Assembly (NCBI GenBank): GCA_964035545.1
Contig: OZ037773.1
Location: 1,765,751-1,829,750 of the forward strand
DNA from: Bugula neritina
Taxonomy: Eukaryota > Animalia > Bryozoa
DNA: 64,000 nucleotides
Direction: 5' to 3'
Every line of letters starts with the position of its first letter. Positions within the stretch are counted from its first letter, which is position 1. Position numbers and translations under genes: made by a program. Shown piece after piece: positions 37,196-50,670 of this stretch. The notes under the pieces were generated by a model. That model ran no database searches, was not told the origin of the DNA, and saw only the letters and a list, made by a program, of their open reading frames with translations.

Positions 37196-39470
37196 TCAGG
37201 CATCCTTTGCTTTGTCATCATACGTACTGTCCTTAGATTTGCCGCTGTAGCTGATCTCAGGGACAAAAGTGGAGGTGGCAGAGTTGGTCGAAGGTGTTGG
37301 TTTAAAGGGGCGGAACCGGTCTCTGTTGAATCGGCCAATTTCCCGTTTGCATTCAGGACAATAGTGGACCATATCCTTGCATCGTGACATGAAAAGGCAA
37401 GGAATGAAACAGAGGAACACCCTACAAAATCAAGCAAGTGTTCTAAATACAGCAACATTCAACATGCTTTGGTCATATATAAAAAAATGCTTCAGTTTCT
37501 TCAATAAAGTACAAGATTCTATTTGGTCAAAAGTCACTCAACATACACCCACTTTATTTTATCATTTTTACCTGCGTAGGCCTCACACTAAAGTGGACAA
37601 GATGTTTTCAAGTTTGCAAAAATCAGAAACTAGGGAAGCCTGCATAGAATCTAAGGTTCATAGGCATTTACATGCACTGTAAGCAACATGCAGAATATGA
37701 AATATCTTTGACCTTAAGAGTCCTGTAAAAGGTAAACACTTAGCATTGACTAATATTTGATCTTGTACTGCCAACTATTGCAGTTATTTGTATGAGAGAT
37801 GGTGGTGCTGGTATATTTGTAATATAATATATAGTCCTGCCATTTTACATTCACGTGCTTAATATATGATTATTGAATGCCAAGACAAAAATGGGAAAAC
37901 AATGAAATATATATAGAAGAAGTGGTTTAATTCTGATGGCAGACATACTCATTGAGAGCGACCTGAACACTTTCATTGAATGAATGCAACTGTTTTGCTA
38001 CTGCTAAAGTAAGAACAGGATTATTTGAAGTTTTACACAAACAACACTGTTTAGTTCAAAACTGGTGATAGGGATCTTTTCCCAGATATTTATATTTCGG
38101 GGAAAATTTTTTTCATGAATTAGCTTTGTTAATATATATTTATAAACTTTTAGTTAGCCAGTTTAATGTTTTATACAAATTGATTTAAATTACTCGAGTA
38201 GCTACATTAATCTGAAATTTTGAAAACTAAAATGGCTTTGTGTTGACACCTCATCCTACAAGTGTGTTTATTTACCTCTAAAATTAGCAAATGCACCTCT
38301 CTAGATTATACTTTTTTGCCAAACAAAGACTTTTATGAAAAGTTCAAGGGTGACTAAAATAGAATGAATAATGAGGTGCAGGTGGTGTATGTCCATTTGC
38401 ATGTCACATGCATTATTACAGTGTTTACATACCTTGAATATTGACATGAAATTAATAAATACAGAAGAATAATAATAATATAGATAAAATGATTTTAGGG
38501 CTTTTGCTTTCATGGTTCTACAGAAAATGTATTTATGCCATCATCTAATACTATACCATAGTTTCTCACTATATTGAGTCACATGCTAAAGGTATTGTAG
38601 CTGGAATGATATACACAAAAGTCAAATGGCATAATTTACTGTGCATCTAACAGACAATTAGGTCTTTTGAAAGAATATCAACGATTTCTTTTGATGACAG
38701 ATTTTCAAACAAAAGTTTCATTGATAAAAGTCATTCTAATCACTCCGAACTCTTTCTCTCTCTTTGAGCTTTGAAAACTGACTTCTAAACACTGAGCTCT
38801 ATTAAACTGACTTCTAAACACTGAGCTCTATTAAACTGACTTCTAAACACTGAGCTCTATTAAACAAAGCTCTGTGGTCCAGCGGGTACAAGAAACTGTG
38901 GCTGCATAACAAGTAGATATTAGATATACCATGAGTATACGCTTTCCATCTTAACTTACATGGCAATGCTGAGTAGAGACAAGGTACAATCACCATCTTC
39001 TTCAATGGCTGCCGTCACAATATCATGCTTGCATGAAGGACAGTTCACTCTGACAGGAGTGTCTCCAAATTTCACTCCTGGTATCTTCACTTTGCATGGC
39101 TTCAATCTTTGGCCTGTCCATACAAGAAAAAATACACAAAAGCCTAAGTTTTTCAACGGATAGGTATAAGCAATGTTTTTCTGCCATTTAGTTGCCATGC
39201 ATTACCAAGTCTGCTTAGTGTGCACTGTACTTTATACTGATATCAATGCATGAAATGTCTAGCATAATTTCTAGCATTAGGTTCATAGCCAAAGGTTTAG
39301 TATGATGTATAGCGTAAAGTCTAGCATGAGGTTTAGCTTAAGAGTTGTTTTACTAGGTACTAACCAGTGGGGCTGAATCCATAGCCATCACCTAGCGGCA
39401 CCCCATATCTGTCTCTTCCTTGGTACCAGATAGCTGGGTAAATCAAACTGGTTGCTGGCATGTCATACAT
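37196..39470 (-). CDS. LITAF-domain protein (161 aa); exons 39365-39470, 38960-39113, 37196-37421
   Basis: Spliced in phase: MYDMPATS...FGDTPVRVNCPSCKHDIVT...CTLSLLSIAMVFLCFIPCLFMSRCKDMVHYCPECKREIGRF...; CxxC + hydrophobic stretch + KDxxHxCPxC is the LITAF/SIMPLE-like zinc-binding signature. An AG directly precedes the ATG so further upstream exons are possible. Confidence 0.92.
38775..38865. repeat. 29-bp tandem repeat x3 (LITAF intron)
   Basis: aaactgacttctaaacactgagctctatt at 38775, 38804, 38833. Confidence 0.95.
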
Positions 39471-39557
39471 CTAGTCTCTCATATCTATGGATAAGTAGTT
39501 ATATTCAGTTTAACTTCTTTAATATATTGAATATGAATGGTATGAATAGTAGCAGTT

Positions 39558-39737
39558 GTCCTTCCTTCTCCGCCTTCTCTTTCTCTCCCTCTCTCCCTCC
39601 CTCCCTCCCTCTCTCCCTTCTTCCCTCCCTCCTTCTCTCCCTCTCTCTCTCTCCCTTCTTCCCTCCCTCTCTCCCTTCCTCCCTCCCTCCTTCTCTCTCT
39701 ATCTTTCTCCCCTTCTCTCTCCCTTTCTCCCCCTCTC
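39558..39737. repeat. Polypyrimidine (CCCT/CT) low-complexity tract upstream of LITAF coding start
   Basis: ~180 nt almost exclusively C/T on + strand. Confidence 0.95.
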
Positions 39738-42469
39738 GTAAGTCTCTAATTTTGATGAATTAAGAGCATATACGTATATATGCATTTTTAATTTTTGCCT
39801 CGGCCTATTACATATCTGGTTCAGGGAAGCCTACCTTTATTTTTCTACACCTATCTCTATGCATACTTAATGTACTTTGCTTAGAGAAAATAGAGGTACA
39901 CCCATGAATGATGTTTTGGCACCACCTTTCGTAATGTTTTTCTTTGAAATTGGCATTTTTCCAACTGTGTATTCATAGTTAGGAGTTAATATGATGCATT
40001 CACATACCATGAAGCATAGTTGTATTAATAGTTATAACATCATAGGCTCCACTAACTATACACTTGCTGCTATGCCAACCACTATGCTAACTGCAGCTCA
40101 TTAACTAAAATATAGCTAGGTGCCTAACACTATCCACCCCCACCCCAGCAAAATCTAGTTCGTTTAATTCAAGCAGATTAATGTTTTAGTATTTCTAATC
40201 ACTGATAGCCTAAAACAGTTTGACTATAAGTTATAAGTATAGCAAATAGTAATTGATGACATTGACTATTGACTATCGATATTTTGGTGAGAGATGCTAA
40301 TGTTCTCTGTGTGAATGCAGGAAGAACCACCTGACTGGTACTTCCTCTTGAACGGCTGACATATGCATTCACTAACTATAATACTTCATGCCCTAAGTAA
40401 TGATTAGTAACTAAAACAGAACCAAATATAATTGTTTAAGTATAATCATCACCGCTTATATTGGATTAGAAGCAACGAACACTGAAAAAAGGCAGCAACT
40501 TTTACAAGCTGAAGGAATTGAAATTGTGTTAATAAGTTGACATAATAAGATAGATTGCACTATGGGTGGTTGTTAAAGTTGTTGAGTTTAACTACATGAG
40601 TTGCTTTGCTGGTTCGGAATGTTGCTATCATGTGACTCTCTCATATATATGGAAAATGCTATCCTGAACTTTAAAGCCAATCGTTTATTTGCTGATAAAA
40701 AGTTGAGAAGATGAAAATATAAGGCCATTTGATTTGAATTAGAAGCTCAGCTTTTTGGACTAAGTGAGGTCAGAGAAGTGGTTTACTTAGTACAGAAGCA
40801 GCAACACCTGTAAAGCAGCATTCCGTGTAGAGGCTGCCATCAGTTGAGCTATAGAAGTAGCGTCACAAAATCAACTTAAGCTTTTATCCATAAGGGAAGT
40901 TCAACTACGAAAATTGATAGCTTTAGTTTTAAGTGGCATTATGAGGGATCAACAAGGTTAATAGTTCTTCTCTCACTCGCCAGAGGCTGGTTGAGGATAT
41001 TAGGTGGACAATGTGATAGTAATTAATAAGGATAAGGGTCTGCTGTGACAGGAGATTGTTGCAAGCCAGTCTATACGATAGCATACATAATATGTTGTTA
41101 TTCTATTTAACTCTTGACTGCTTCAACTAACAACACAGAGTTAAAGTGGTGCATCCTTTTTACCCATCATTGGCTCTCATATTACTGATTATTATCTGTT
41201 GTTTGTGTTTTCAATACTCTGTTGAATGCCTGTGCAGCGCTCAAGCAGATGGTAGAGAAGCTGTTTGTGAGGACATCTGAAGCAATACTCTCAGTTATTA
41301 TGCCAGATTCTTTGTTCTTTAGCTGTTAGTGAGATTGCAACATAGCCATGTCTTATAACTCTTATATATTGCCAGTTTTCTAGCATGTAGTATAAGTTTT
41401 TAGTTTTAGAGTTTTTCAAAACACAGCCTGTGGTTCCAGTGTTGCCCATTCCCCACCCCTACCAACACTCATCACTCATCAAAGAGACAATGCTAAGCCT
41501 ACTGCAAACAACAAAAGGCATCAGAAAAACTATTAAAGATAATACATGACCGAATTATTAACTTGTTTCAAGCAAATTTCCTTTTATAAGCATGATTTTG
41601 ATAAATCCAATATAATATATAATGTAATTTAGCTTCTGTAGTATATCAAGAAAATATACTTTGTAAGAGAACTCCAGTCTGAACTTAGGGCACAACAGAG
41701 TGAAGCGTACAATTCATACAATCAAACACAAACTTACATTTCTAACTGAAATCCCCAATTCTGCAACCAGAGAATAGAATAATTCACTTACCTTGTAACC
41801 TCTAGAGAAAAATTATTGCTTGCTAGTAGGTCTCAGTGCTGATAGCTTCCAAGTAAGTCATTTATCAAGAGTAAGTTGATGCAGCAGTCACAAACGCATA
41901 TGCACTCATCTGTGACCAGATGCATAACTCAGTCTATTTTACAGGTAGGGGTGGCTATGCTAAAATATTGGACTGTCCCACACTAGGGATGCACAAGGGT
42001 TGGAAGTATAAAGGATGTGCCTCTCTTTTGTTCGTATGCATTGCATATAATACTATATCTTCTTTTGTGTGATGCTCTATCATCATAAATACGTTGAACT
42101 TTTCTATCATTCCATCCATGCATGATGTTTTGTGATGTTTATTGTGTAATAAAAACATGGTCTTGTCTCAAAATAGTAGAAGCATTATTCCTATTGGCTG
42201 TTGAATAATACTTGTTTTGTTTTCCCAATTCTTTCCTTTTGTGTAACTGTTGACTGTATGAAGCTGTTTTGGGGGTAAAGTTGAGGGCCCTATTACTCTT
42301 GCTTGTGACAACAAACATTGCAAAACACAAAAAAAATCACAAAACACCAATAAAATGTCACAAAGCATAACCCAATCATCACAAAAAATGGAAACACCAC
42401 CAAACACTGCAAGTCACAATCCCAGAGTTCTGGTGTTATACATTAAAATACTACAAATGTGTAGTATAG

Positions 42470-42750
42470 TGTAGTATAGTGAAGTCATATTATACAGTGT
42501 ATAGTACAGTGAAGTTATATTATACAGTGTATAGTATAGTGAAGTTATATTATACAGTGTGTAGTATAGTGAAGTTATATTATACAGTGTGTAGCATAGT
42601 GAAGTTATATTATACAGTGTGTAGTATAGTGAAGCTATACTATGCAGTGTGTAGTATAGTGAAGTTATATTATACAGTGTATAGTATAGTGAAGTTATAT
42701 TATACAGTGTGTAGCATAGTGAAGTTATATTAGACACTGTGTATAGTATA
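42470..42750. repeat. 30-bp minisatellite x~9
   Basis: tatagtgaagttatattatacagtgtgtag repeats in register with the 60-nt lines. Confidence 0.97.
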
Positions 42751-43394
42751 TTACTTTATTATATCAAGCTTCTCAAAGCTGTAGAAACCTGATAACCCAT
42801 CCATTGACGTGGGAATAAATTTTAACTTGAAATGTAATGCCAGTTTCGTTTCTGTTGAATGTCAATTCCTCAGAGCCACTCACCCATAGTTAAGTCAGTA
42901 AAAAGCAACGCATTATGTAACATTCAGTATAATATTTTGTAGCAGCATTTAATATTGAACTTGCAGTCACAAATTCACAATGCAAGTGTAATTGAATTGT
43001 TTGAACACGTTTGAGTAAAGCAGGATTTTCATAATGTAAACAATACAATTCATTGAAAGCAGAAGCATCTTAGAACTCTTTTGCAGCTCTGTAGGAAGGA
43101 ACATGATAATATCTTTTGACATCCACTAAGCTGGCTGTGTCTGCAAACTTCTGAGTCACACAATAAAACTCTCTCATCCACTCCCTCCTTTTCTTTCCCT
43201 CCCCTTTTTTGCTTCCCCTTACACTCCCAAGCCATATTACTAGAGCTATATGAATATAGTAAATAAACATGTTCTATGCTTAAATAAAAGTATGTTAACT
43301 ATATGTATGCTCCTGCTAACATAAAGGGCTTCATGGGAAGTTGTATAAGTTATAAGAGAGAGACTGGGGTTTAGCATTGATAAATTACCAAAAG

Positions 43395-43625
43395 AACTGA
43401 ACAATGGTACTGCTACTAGTAGAAGAACTGGAGAGTAGTACTGCTATTAATAGAAGGACTGCAGAGTAGTGCTGTTACTAGTAGAAGGACTAATGAATGG
43501 TACTTTTACTATTAGAAAGAGCGGAGAGTAATACTGCTTCTAGTAGCAGTACTACAGAATAGTACTGCTACTAGTAAAAGGACTAGACATTGGTAATGCA
43601 ACTAGTAGAAAGACTAAAGAGTGGT
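43395..43625. repeat. Degenerate ~30-bp minisatellite
   Basis: gtactgctactagtagaagaactggagagta-like units, ~7 copies. Confidence 0.8.
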
Positions 43626-44076
43626 ATGATAGTAGCAGGTAAGTTGCTATGGGCTCAACGCTCCTCTTGTCAAGTAATAAATCTGATTTATAGGTTTAAT
43701 GCTGGACATGTTACAAAAACCGCCAGCTGGTCTTTTGGGAAATTTCCATGACGCGCTATATCTGGTTGTTATTAGTTGGCGAGGGAGGAAGGGTAATTTA
43801 TCATCACAACTTCATGCTTGCTAAAGGAGGGTAACAAATAAGGTTTGACTATCATGCTATTAGAATATCGAGGAAGTGGGTCTTCTTGGTATCCAACGGC
43901 AACAAAATAGTGAGTTATTAAGGCAGACATATGGTATAGTGCTTTTGTTAGTATCTAGTAGGATTACTTTATACTATGAGCTACAGACTCTCGCACAACA
44001 TAATATGTAGCATCAGCTCATATTTTAGACTTGTCTTGCTATGTAGTGCTATAGATTCAGATCTCAAGGTTCAGAC

Positions 44077-44193
44077 TAGTATTATTGTGGTACTAAAGGT
44101 TCAGATCCTAATGTTCTGCTTAGTATTATTGTGGTACTAAAGGTCCAGATCCTAATGCTTGGCCTAGTATTATTGTGGTATTAAAGGTCCAGA
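44077..44193. repeat. 44-bp tandem repeat x~2.7
   Basis: tagtattattgtggtactaaaggt.cagatcctaatg at 44077, 44121, 44165. Confidence 0.92.
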
Positions 44194-47100
44194 CATAATG
44201 ACCAGATCAGTTGTGTAGTTGCAGATGTAAGCAGCAAATAACGTTCTACCCTTCTATTACAACACGAAAATGCTTTCTAGCTTCTTCACCACTCAAATAT
44301 TTAAAACTCTACCAGAGCCAGAAGTTCCAAATCCTACATTAAAGCAGAGCTAAATTTTTTTAAGGTTTTAATTGCATTCCTAAATATTTGTGCTCTAGCA
44401 TTACAAAAAAAAAAGTTAAAATTTTGATGGGTTTATTTTAAAAAAATGTTTTTCCTTTTCATGTTATACCAGCATTTGCATTATTTGATAAATTTATATT
44501 TCTTCCCCAATGAAGGTGCTACAAGCCCTAATAACTACTTCAACACTAGAGTTGTCTTTTCTCTCATGAAACTCAACTTCAGGAAAAATAACTCCATCTT
44601 TTGTATGTATTTTATTCCTTTCGTTACATTATGTAATTATGAGATAGCAAAAATGGTAACTGCCTTCAGTGGTTGCCAGATAAAATGGAAGCTATTGACA
44701 AAAATAGCAGAGAATATAAAGATTTTTAAAATTTCGTAGCAGCAGTGTGTCTTTGTAAAACTTATCCTGTTATACAATGACCATTTTAATTAATTTTGCC
44801 ATTTTGTCAATTATTTTGATTTCGTAATAAGTATTGAGCAATGTTCATGCCTAGTCTGCATATATGTCTGTGCATGAGCTTTTTAAATGCCTGTCTGCAA
44901 TAAAAGAACATAATTATCAAATCATGCACTGTAAATGATGGAGAAGATGGACTGTATTGTAGGTTCCCCCTAGTATGTTGCTGGGGCAGATTTCAAGCTA
45001 ACTTTTGCTTTCCTCTCTGCTGCCCCTGTCTGTAAGGTCTGTTTGATATTGACTGCCTCTGCTTTTATTTAAATTATTCTATTTGAGAATGAATCAGCAT
45101 TGATTTTCTGCCCGCAAAGGAAAGAGAGGATGGTACGAGGGCTCTTAATGGTATATCAAGTTGTTTTTGTGTACTTTGTTTCAATCTAATGGTTTTGCGC
45201 ATATTAATGCAACTCGTGAATCATCTTAAAGAATAATCAGGCCAATCACATCTTATCTTAGATACAATAATAACCAATCATATATGCTCTTGAACTTATT
45301 TCAAAATATCAAATATATTTAGCAACTGAATTATTGCCAAAACAGTGTAGGCGTATCAAACATAAATAGGGGTGAAGGGAGATAAACAAAATTAAATATA
45401 AAAATAGCAAATCCAATGTGAAGGATAATAAATATTATTCTATATAATTTATTAATTATTATAAAAACCCATAATATTACTAGCTTTCAAAATACAGTGT
45501 TCTTTGGCTGGTTTGTTCTTGAATGCAGTCAATTAACCTGAAAAGGGGGCATTCCTCCGTGTAAAAGGACCACATTCTATTCGAAGGATACTAAGGCTAA
45601 TTATAACTATCTGGCATCTGCTACAAAATGCTGCACAATACTATTGCATCTCACAGGTTAAAAGACAATGGAACAGAGGGTATAATAATTGTGCTTCTAA
45701 GAAAAATCATTTACTTGTTGGGGTTGTGATAATGAAATGGACTAATGCTTAGACATACTACCTTTACAACCATGTATTCTGGTCCCAAGATAGTTCTACG
45801 CAATATTTCTCTTATTGAAGAGATAATGTTATAGCAACTTCTCATGTTTCAGATCAATTACTGCTTCCTATTGGGGATGGTATCCCAAAGCCTCTCACTG
45901 CACCTGTAGTAGGAACTCACTCTAGGAATGATACTGTGTCAATAGTGTTAGCCTATTGATAAGGATGGATGACATTACAGCAACTGCTTTGTGTATATGC
46001 TGTATTGACAACTAAGTAGCTTTGTCATATGCTCTTAGAGTTTGGAGGGAGGAACCTTGCATCTAACAGGCATCAACTTCTGATAGAAAAGAATTCTACA
46101 AGCGGTGAGAAAACTTAATTTGCTGAAACACTGTTCAATATAAATAGCTTTTAGCTTAAATTATTTACTATTAAACAACAATAATATATAGCAGTTTACT
46201 GGAATGTTTATTTTAAAAAAAGTTATACCGGTAGAAAGGTTTCATCTTTGATTAGTGGACTGCAGTAAAGAAAATATAAAATAATTATAAGAAAAGTTTC
46301 AATAACAAAAAATAAAAGTGATTGAAGTTGTAATTGACTGGTGAATTATCTACCATGGAATACGTACGCAATAATAGTAATGCAAATAATATACAGCAAT
46401 ACAAATAATACCAAAAAACATGCGCGATAAAGTGTAATAATACAAAGCAACATACAATAATCACAAATAATACACAATAAAAATCCAAAATAATGTACAG
46501 GTGTAATACTGAATGTACGGAAATGTTAGTAGTCGCATTTCCTTTCTTTCAATGCAAGTCCTACATTACTTTCAATTTCTTTGCCAATCTATTGTCTAAA
46601 AGGTTATGTGTTTTGCTTTATTTTGAACATTTTGAGTACACTACACACAAATACTAGAGTAAAATAATATACAAAGCATGTTGATGTAAATTATTTATAT
46701 ATTTCTTATTGTTATAAGTTTCCCTGGAGAAAAGATTGCTGACCATATGCCGTGGTAATACTAGCATGTAAAAGTTCGTGTGAAATGTACTAAGTCTATA
46801 ACATTAGCGTTAAATTTACTGACCAGAGCTAAAAGCTCAAATTGTAAAGGCTTATGGAACTGCCAAACTGCTATAATCATCTTTTGTAATGGAGTGCATA
46901 AACATTTCATCCACTCACTCACAGCTCAAATTTTTTGCATGTTGCTCCTGTTTCACAACTCAAAAACCAACTATTTTAGAAATATCTGATGTTAGCAAAA
47001 AATGAACAAAGCAAGTGCTTGAGCAATTATCTAAGCACATCAGGTAAAAATGACACAAGTTTTGCTCAAGCTAATTGCCTAAAAAATAAGAATTATTAGG

Positions 47101-47376
47101 GGTATTCTGTAATGACAGTTAAATTTTGATGTACGCCAATACAGCAAGTTTTCATTCATTGATTAGTGTTACATAGTTCAATTTTAATACAGTTTGTTGC
47201 TGCAACTAATAAAAAATTTGTGAATTGAAAGTGCTATACTTTGCTTGTAGAATTTACCTAAAATTCACATGTTTGCATTTCATGCAACATTTATAACATC
47301 TTTCTTAAGACATTAGTTTAATTATTAAAAACTCATCAATACTTTTATATTAAGAATTTTCTTTACTCTCCTAGTT

Positions 47377-47715
47377 TTAGCTATGGTAGCATTTATTCTG
47401 GTAGTTTCTCTTCTGGTAGTCTCTTTTCTGATGGTTTTTCTTTGGGTAGCCCTCTTCTGACATTTTTTCTGGCAGTATCTCTTCTGGTAGTTTCTCTCCT
47501 AGTAATCTCTCTTTTGGTAATCTCTCTTCTAGTAGTCTCTCTTCTAGCGGTTTTTCTTTGGGCAGTTTTTCTTCTGGTAGTTTCTCTTCTAGTGGTTTCT
47601 CTTCAGCTGGTTTTTCTTCTAGTGGTTTCTCTTTCGGTAGTTCATCATCTGGTAGTTTCTTTTCCGATAATTTCCTTTTATTCAAGCTTATATACTGCTC
47701 AAAAGGTTCTGGTAG
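47377..47715 (-). other. 15-bp repeat tract reading as (E/K)KLPE pentapeptide repeats; possible decayed exon
   Basis: After a possible acceptor (ttaattag) frame reads LPEPFEQYISLNKRKLSEKKLPDDELPKEKPLEEKPAEEKPLEEKLPEE...; register slips by a frameshift near 47450. Confidence 0.4.
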
Positions 47716-50404
47716 CTAATTAAATGTTTTTACTTTATTTAACTTTTTAAGTTAAGCAATATTTCTACGAATTTATTGATCAACGTTAAATAAAAACGTT
47801 TACCTAGAATCTAAGTGAATATGTATCGGTTATTACATGCCCAGTTTTCTCAGGAGAAAAATTCTACTTCCTCCACTGTCCTCATTAGTTCTTTTCCAGA
47901 TAAGTTTTTTATTCATTAATTTGCCTTGTTCGTGGAATTGCAATATTTACAGGCCAGTTTAAAGTTCTAGGCTCCTCTAGAGAGTGATTTCCACAGTGCT
48001 CTTTTCAATTTGTTGACAAAATTTATTGAGTTAAATTTCTCATTCCTTCCCTTCTGTGTATGAATCACGTTATCAGATTAATTTTATTTATAGACTGATA
48101 TTTTTAATAACATAGCTGTCATTCATGTGATAAGTAATTGAGAATGCTAAGTGGTAAACAATGAATCTCCCAAAATGCATTTAGCCTAGGAATGGCAGCT
48201 GTAGTTAATTAAGTGCACGGCAACACTTGACCCGTAGGTTAGATGCAGCTTTGTAATCTCATGTAAATTCTTCAGGAGATTTCTAACGAGGGGGGGGAGA
48301 CTGACCAACTTTTACTTTCTGGTATAACTTAGAAATATCTACTAGAGCAATATTTTACATACGAATATGTCTTCTGCTACATCAGTGAGTATGAGATTAT
48401 ACTTGCCTCCCTTTCTCCTGGTACATTTGATGTAGGCCTTTGATTTCTATATTTCTTTTGACTTTATGCGAACCTTTCACTATCAGACATAAAAAACTGG
48501 AATCGTCCCCTCCGTTTACTATAACTACTTTTCTACAATGAATTGTTTGGTTGGTTTGGAATTGACTATTACTAAGGCATACTGTGACAGTGGCATTGGA
48601 TATCCACTTTGAATAAAATGTAGCATGTCTCTGCAGCAATAACGTAAAAGTGAAACATAAATATTCACTCTACATGTTCTCTGAGGCAGATTGGTATTTG
48701 CCCTAAGCTATGAGAACGCATGACTTGGCGTAGATACTGTACATTGCTGGAACAAAATTTAGTTAACAAAATAAAATGCTTTGCAACTGACAATAAGCAC
48801 TGATTATCTTGGGTTTACTATGGAATATCATGTCAATATTTTTACTACTTGGCCGTAGAGTGTGTTTTCCGCTACATTGTCAGCCTAGTAAACCATTTCA
48901 CTCTGCTAAGGCCCTCCCCCCCCCCAGCTCATCGATCTGTTGATGTTTTATTAAAAATGATCAATGTTTGTATTGACATGATAACCTTTTCATGGAATGC
49001 CACTACAGCTGTTTATTCATAAGTACAATGCGAGATTGTTCCAGAAAGTTTTGGCAAGTTCCGAAAGATGTCAGATTAATTGTGTAATGTTGAAACATGA
49101 TGCTGTTTCTGTTCGGGAAATGACATGCTTTCAGTAGTGACACGTTATTGATTGGAATCAGTGTAGTGTACCCTTATTTTACCTGTAATTATTTGAGTTG
49201 ATTATTCATAGCTACCTTGGGACCTGCATAATGCATTGGAGTGTAAATAAACTTGATGCTGTGAAATGTTCATTTGTCATACACACAGTATTGCATATTG
49301 CTAACAGTAATTACTATGCTAATAATACCATCATTTGTCTGTTCAATGGCTACTTAAATTTCAAAAACCATTTTTTACTAATTGGTAAAACTATATGCTC
49401 AGCACTCGTGTAGATGTTGTTATACTGTGTACGTTTGTTACATGCAGCCTAAAGAGTTTGCCCAAGACAAATTGGCCACTTCCCATTTGTTCATACATCC
49501 ATTTCCGGCTTTTACTTTTAACTAAATGATTGTAAATTTTGGTGCCTGCTTTTTCTGAATCGACAAAGGAAAAAATTCTACGCTCTAGAAATTCAGGCTC
49601 ATTGTCAGTCATCATTCAAAGTAGCATTTAAGGCACTAAACTTGCTGGAAACTTATGCCTAGTCTACTGTTTGGTATGCAGGGATTAATTTTGCTGTGTT
49701 GTTTACAGAAATGATGAAATAAATGATAAGAGAAGATAGGGACAGCATACTAATACATCCGTAGGCTAGCAACATGTAAATTTCTCTACCTTAAGGCTTC
49801 AATGCTCATCATCAAACTAATTAATTCATCTCAACAAGCAGGCGTTTGTAGAAAATACAAATTAAATCAATTAATATTATTGAATTCCATAAGCAAATGA
49901 GAATAGTGCAGACGAATAACAATTGAAATTGTGTAATATACAAAGTGACTGTAGAAAAGTTGTAAATAGAAGTTGTATTCTCATTTATTACCGTACTTGA
50001 TCCCTCCGTATGTCACTAAGCTTCGGGTCTTGAGTCCTTAATTCATGACATAGTAGAACACCAGATATAGCTCACGGATTTATTAAATTTGACCATTTTA
50101 TTCCTATACACACATACATAAGCTACAAAACGAGGGTCCAAGCACGTCTAGTGACCTATATTATTCTGTAGAGACTGGATTCGTGAGATATGGACTGTAC
50201 ACTCTTTACATGTAAATGAGTGAAATGCCATGGTTTGAATTTTCTCAATATATTTATATAATATAAACCTTAGCTGTGTGTCAGTTCAGTCTTATGCATT
50301 TAGTCACCATAATATGGTATAATTAACCAATCAGAGTTAACATCTGCCTGACACACTCCTGATATGACCCTAGCATCCCGATGATACAACCCTTAATGCA
50401 ACCC

Positions 50405-50670
50405 CTGATGTCCTCTGACACAACTTCCCTCACACAACCGCTGACACCCTCTGATACAACTCCTTACACAATCCCTGACGCCCTCTGATACAACCCCTTA
50501 CACAATCCCTGACACCCTCTGACACAACTTCCCTCACACAACCGCTGACACCCTCTGATACAACTCCTTACACAATCCCTGACACCCTCTGATACAACCC
50601 CTTACACAATTCCTGACACCCTCTGATACAACCCCTTACACAATCTCTGACACCCTCTTTCACAATCCTC
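50405..50670. repeat. 34-36-bp minisatellite x~8 with a 104-bp higher-order period
   Basis: ctgacaccctctgatacaac(t/c)ccttacacaatcc at 50441, 50475, 50509, 50545, 50579, 50613. Confidence 0.93.

Noticed and set aside
39452-39763. Pro/Ser/Leu-rich ORFs (also 42414-42737, 59632-59817)
   Set aside because: Translations of low-complexity or tandem repeats
40560-46140. Coding-like patches near 40560-41340, 43640-43960 and 45480-46140
   Set aside because: Frequent stops in all frames examined and no recognisable motif; cannot support a call
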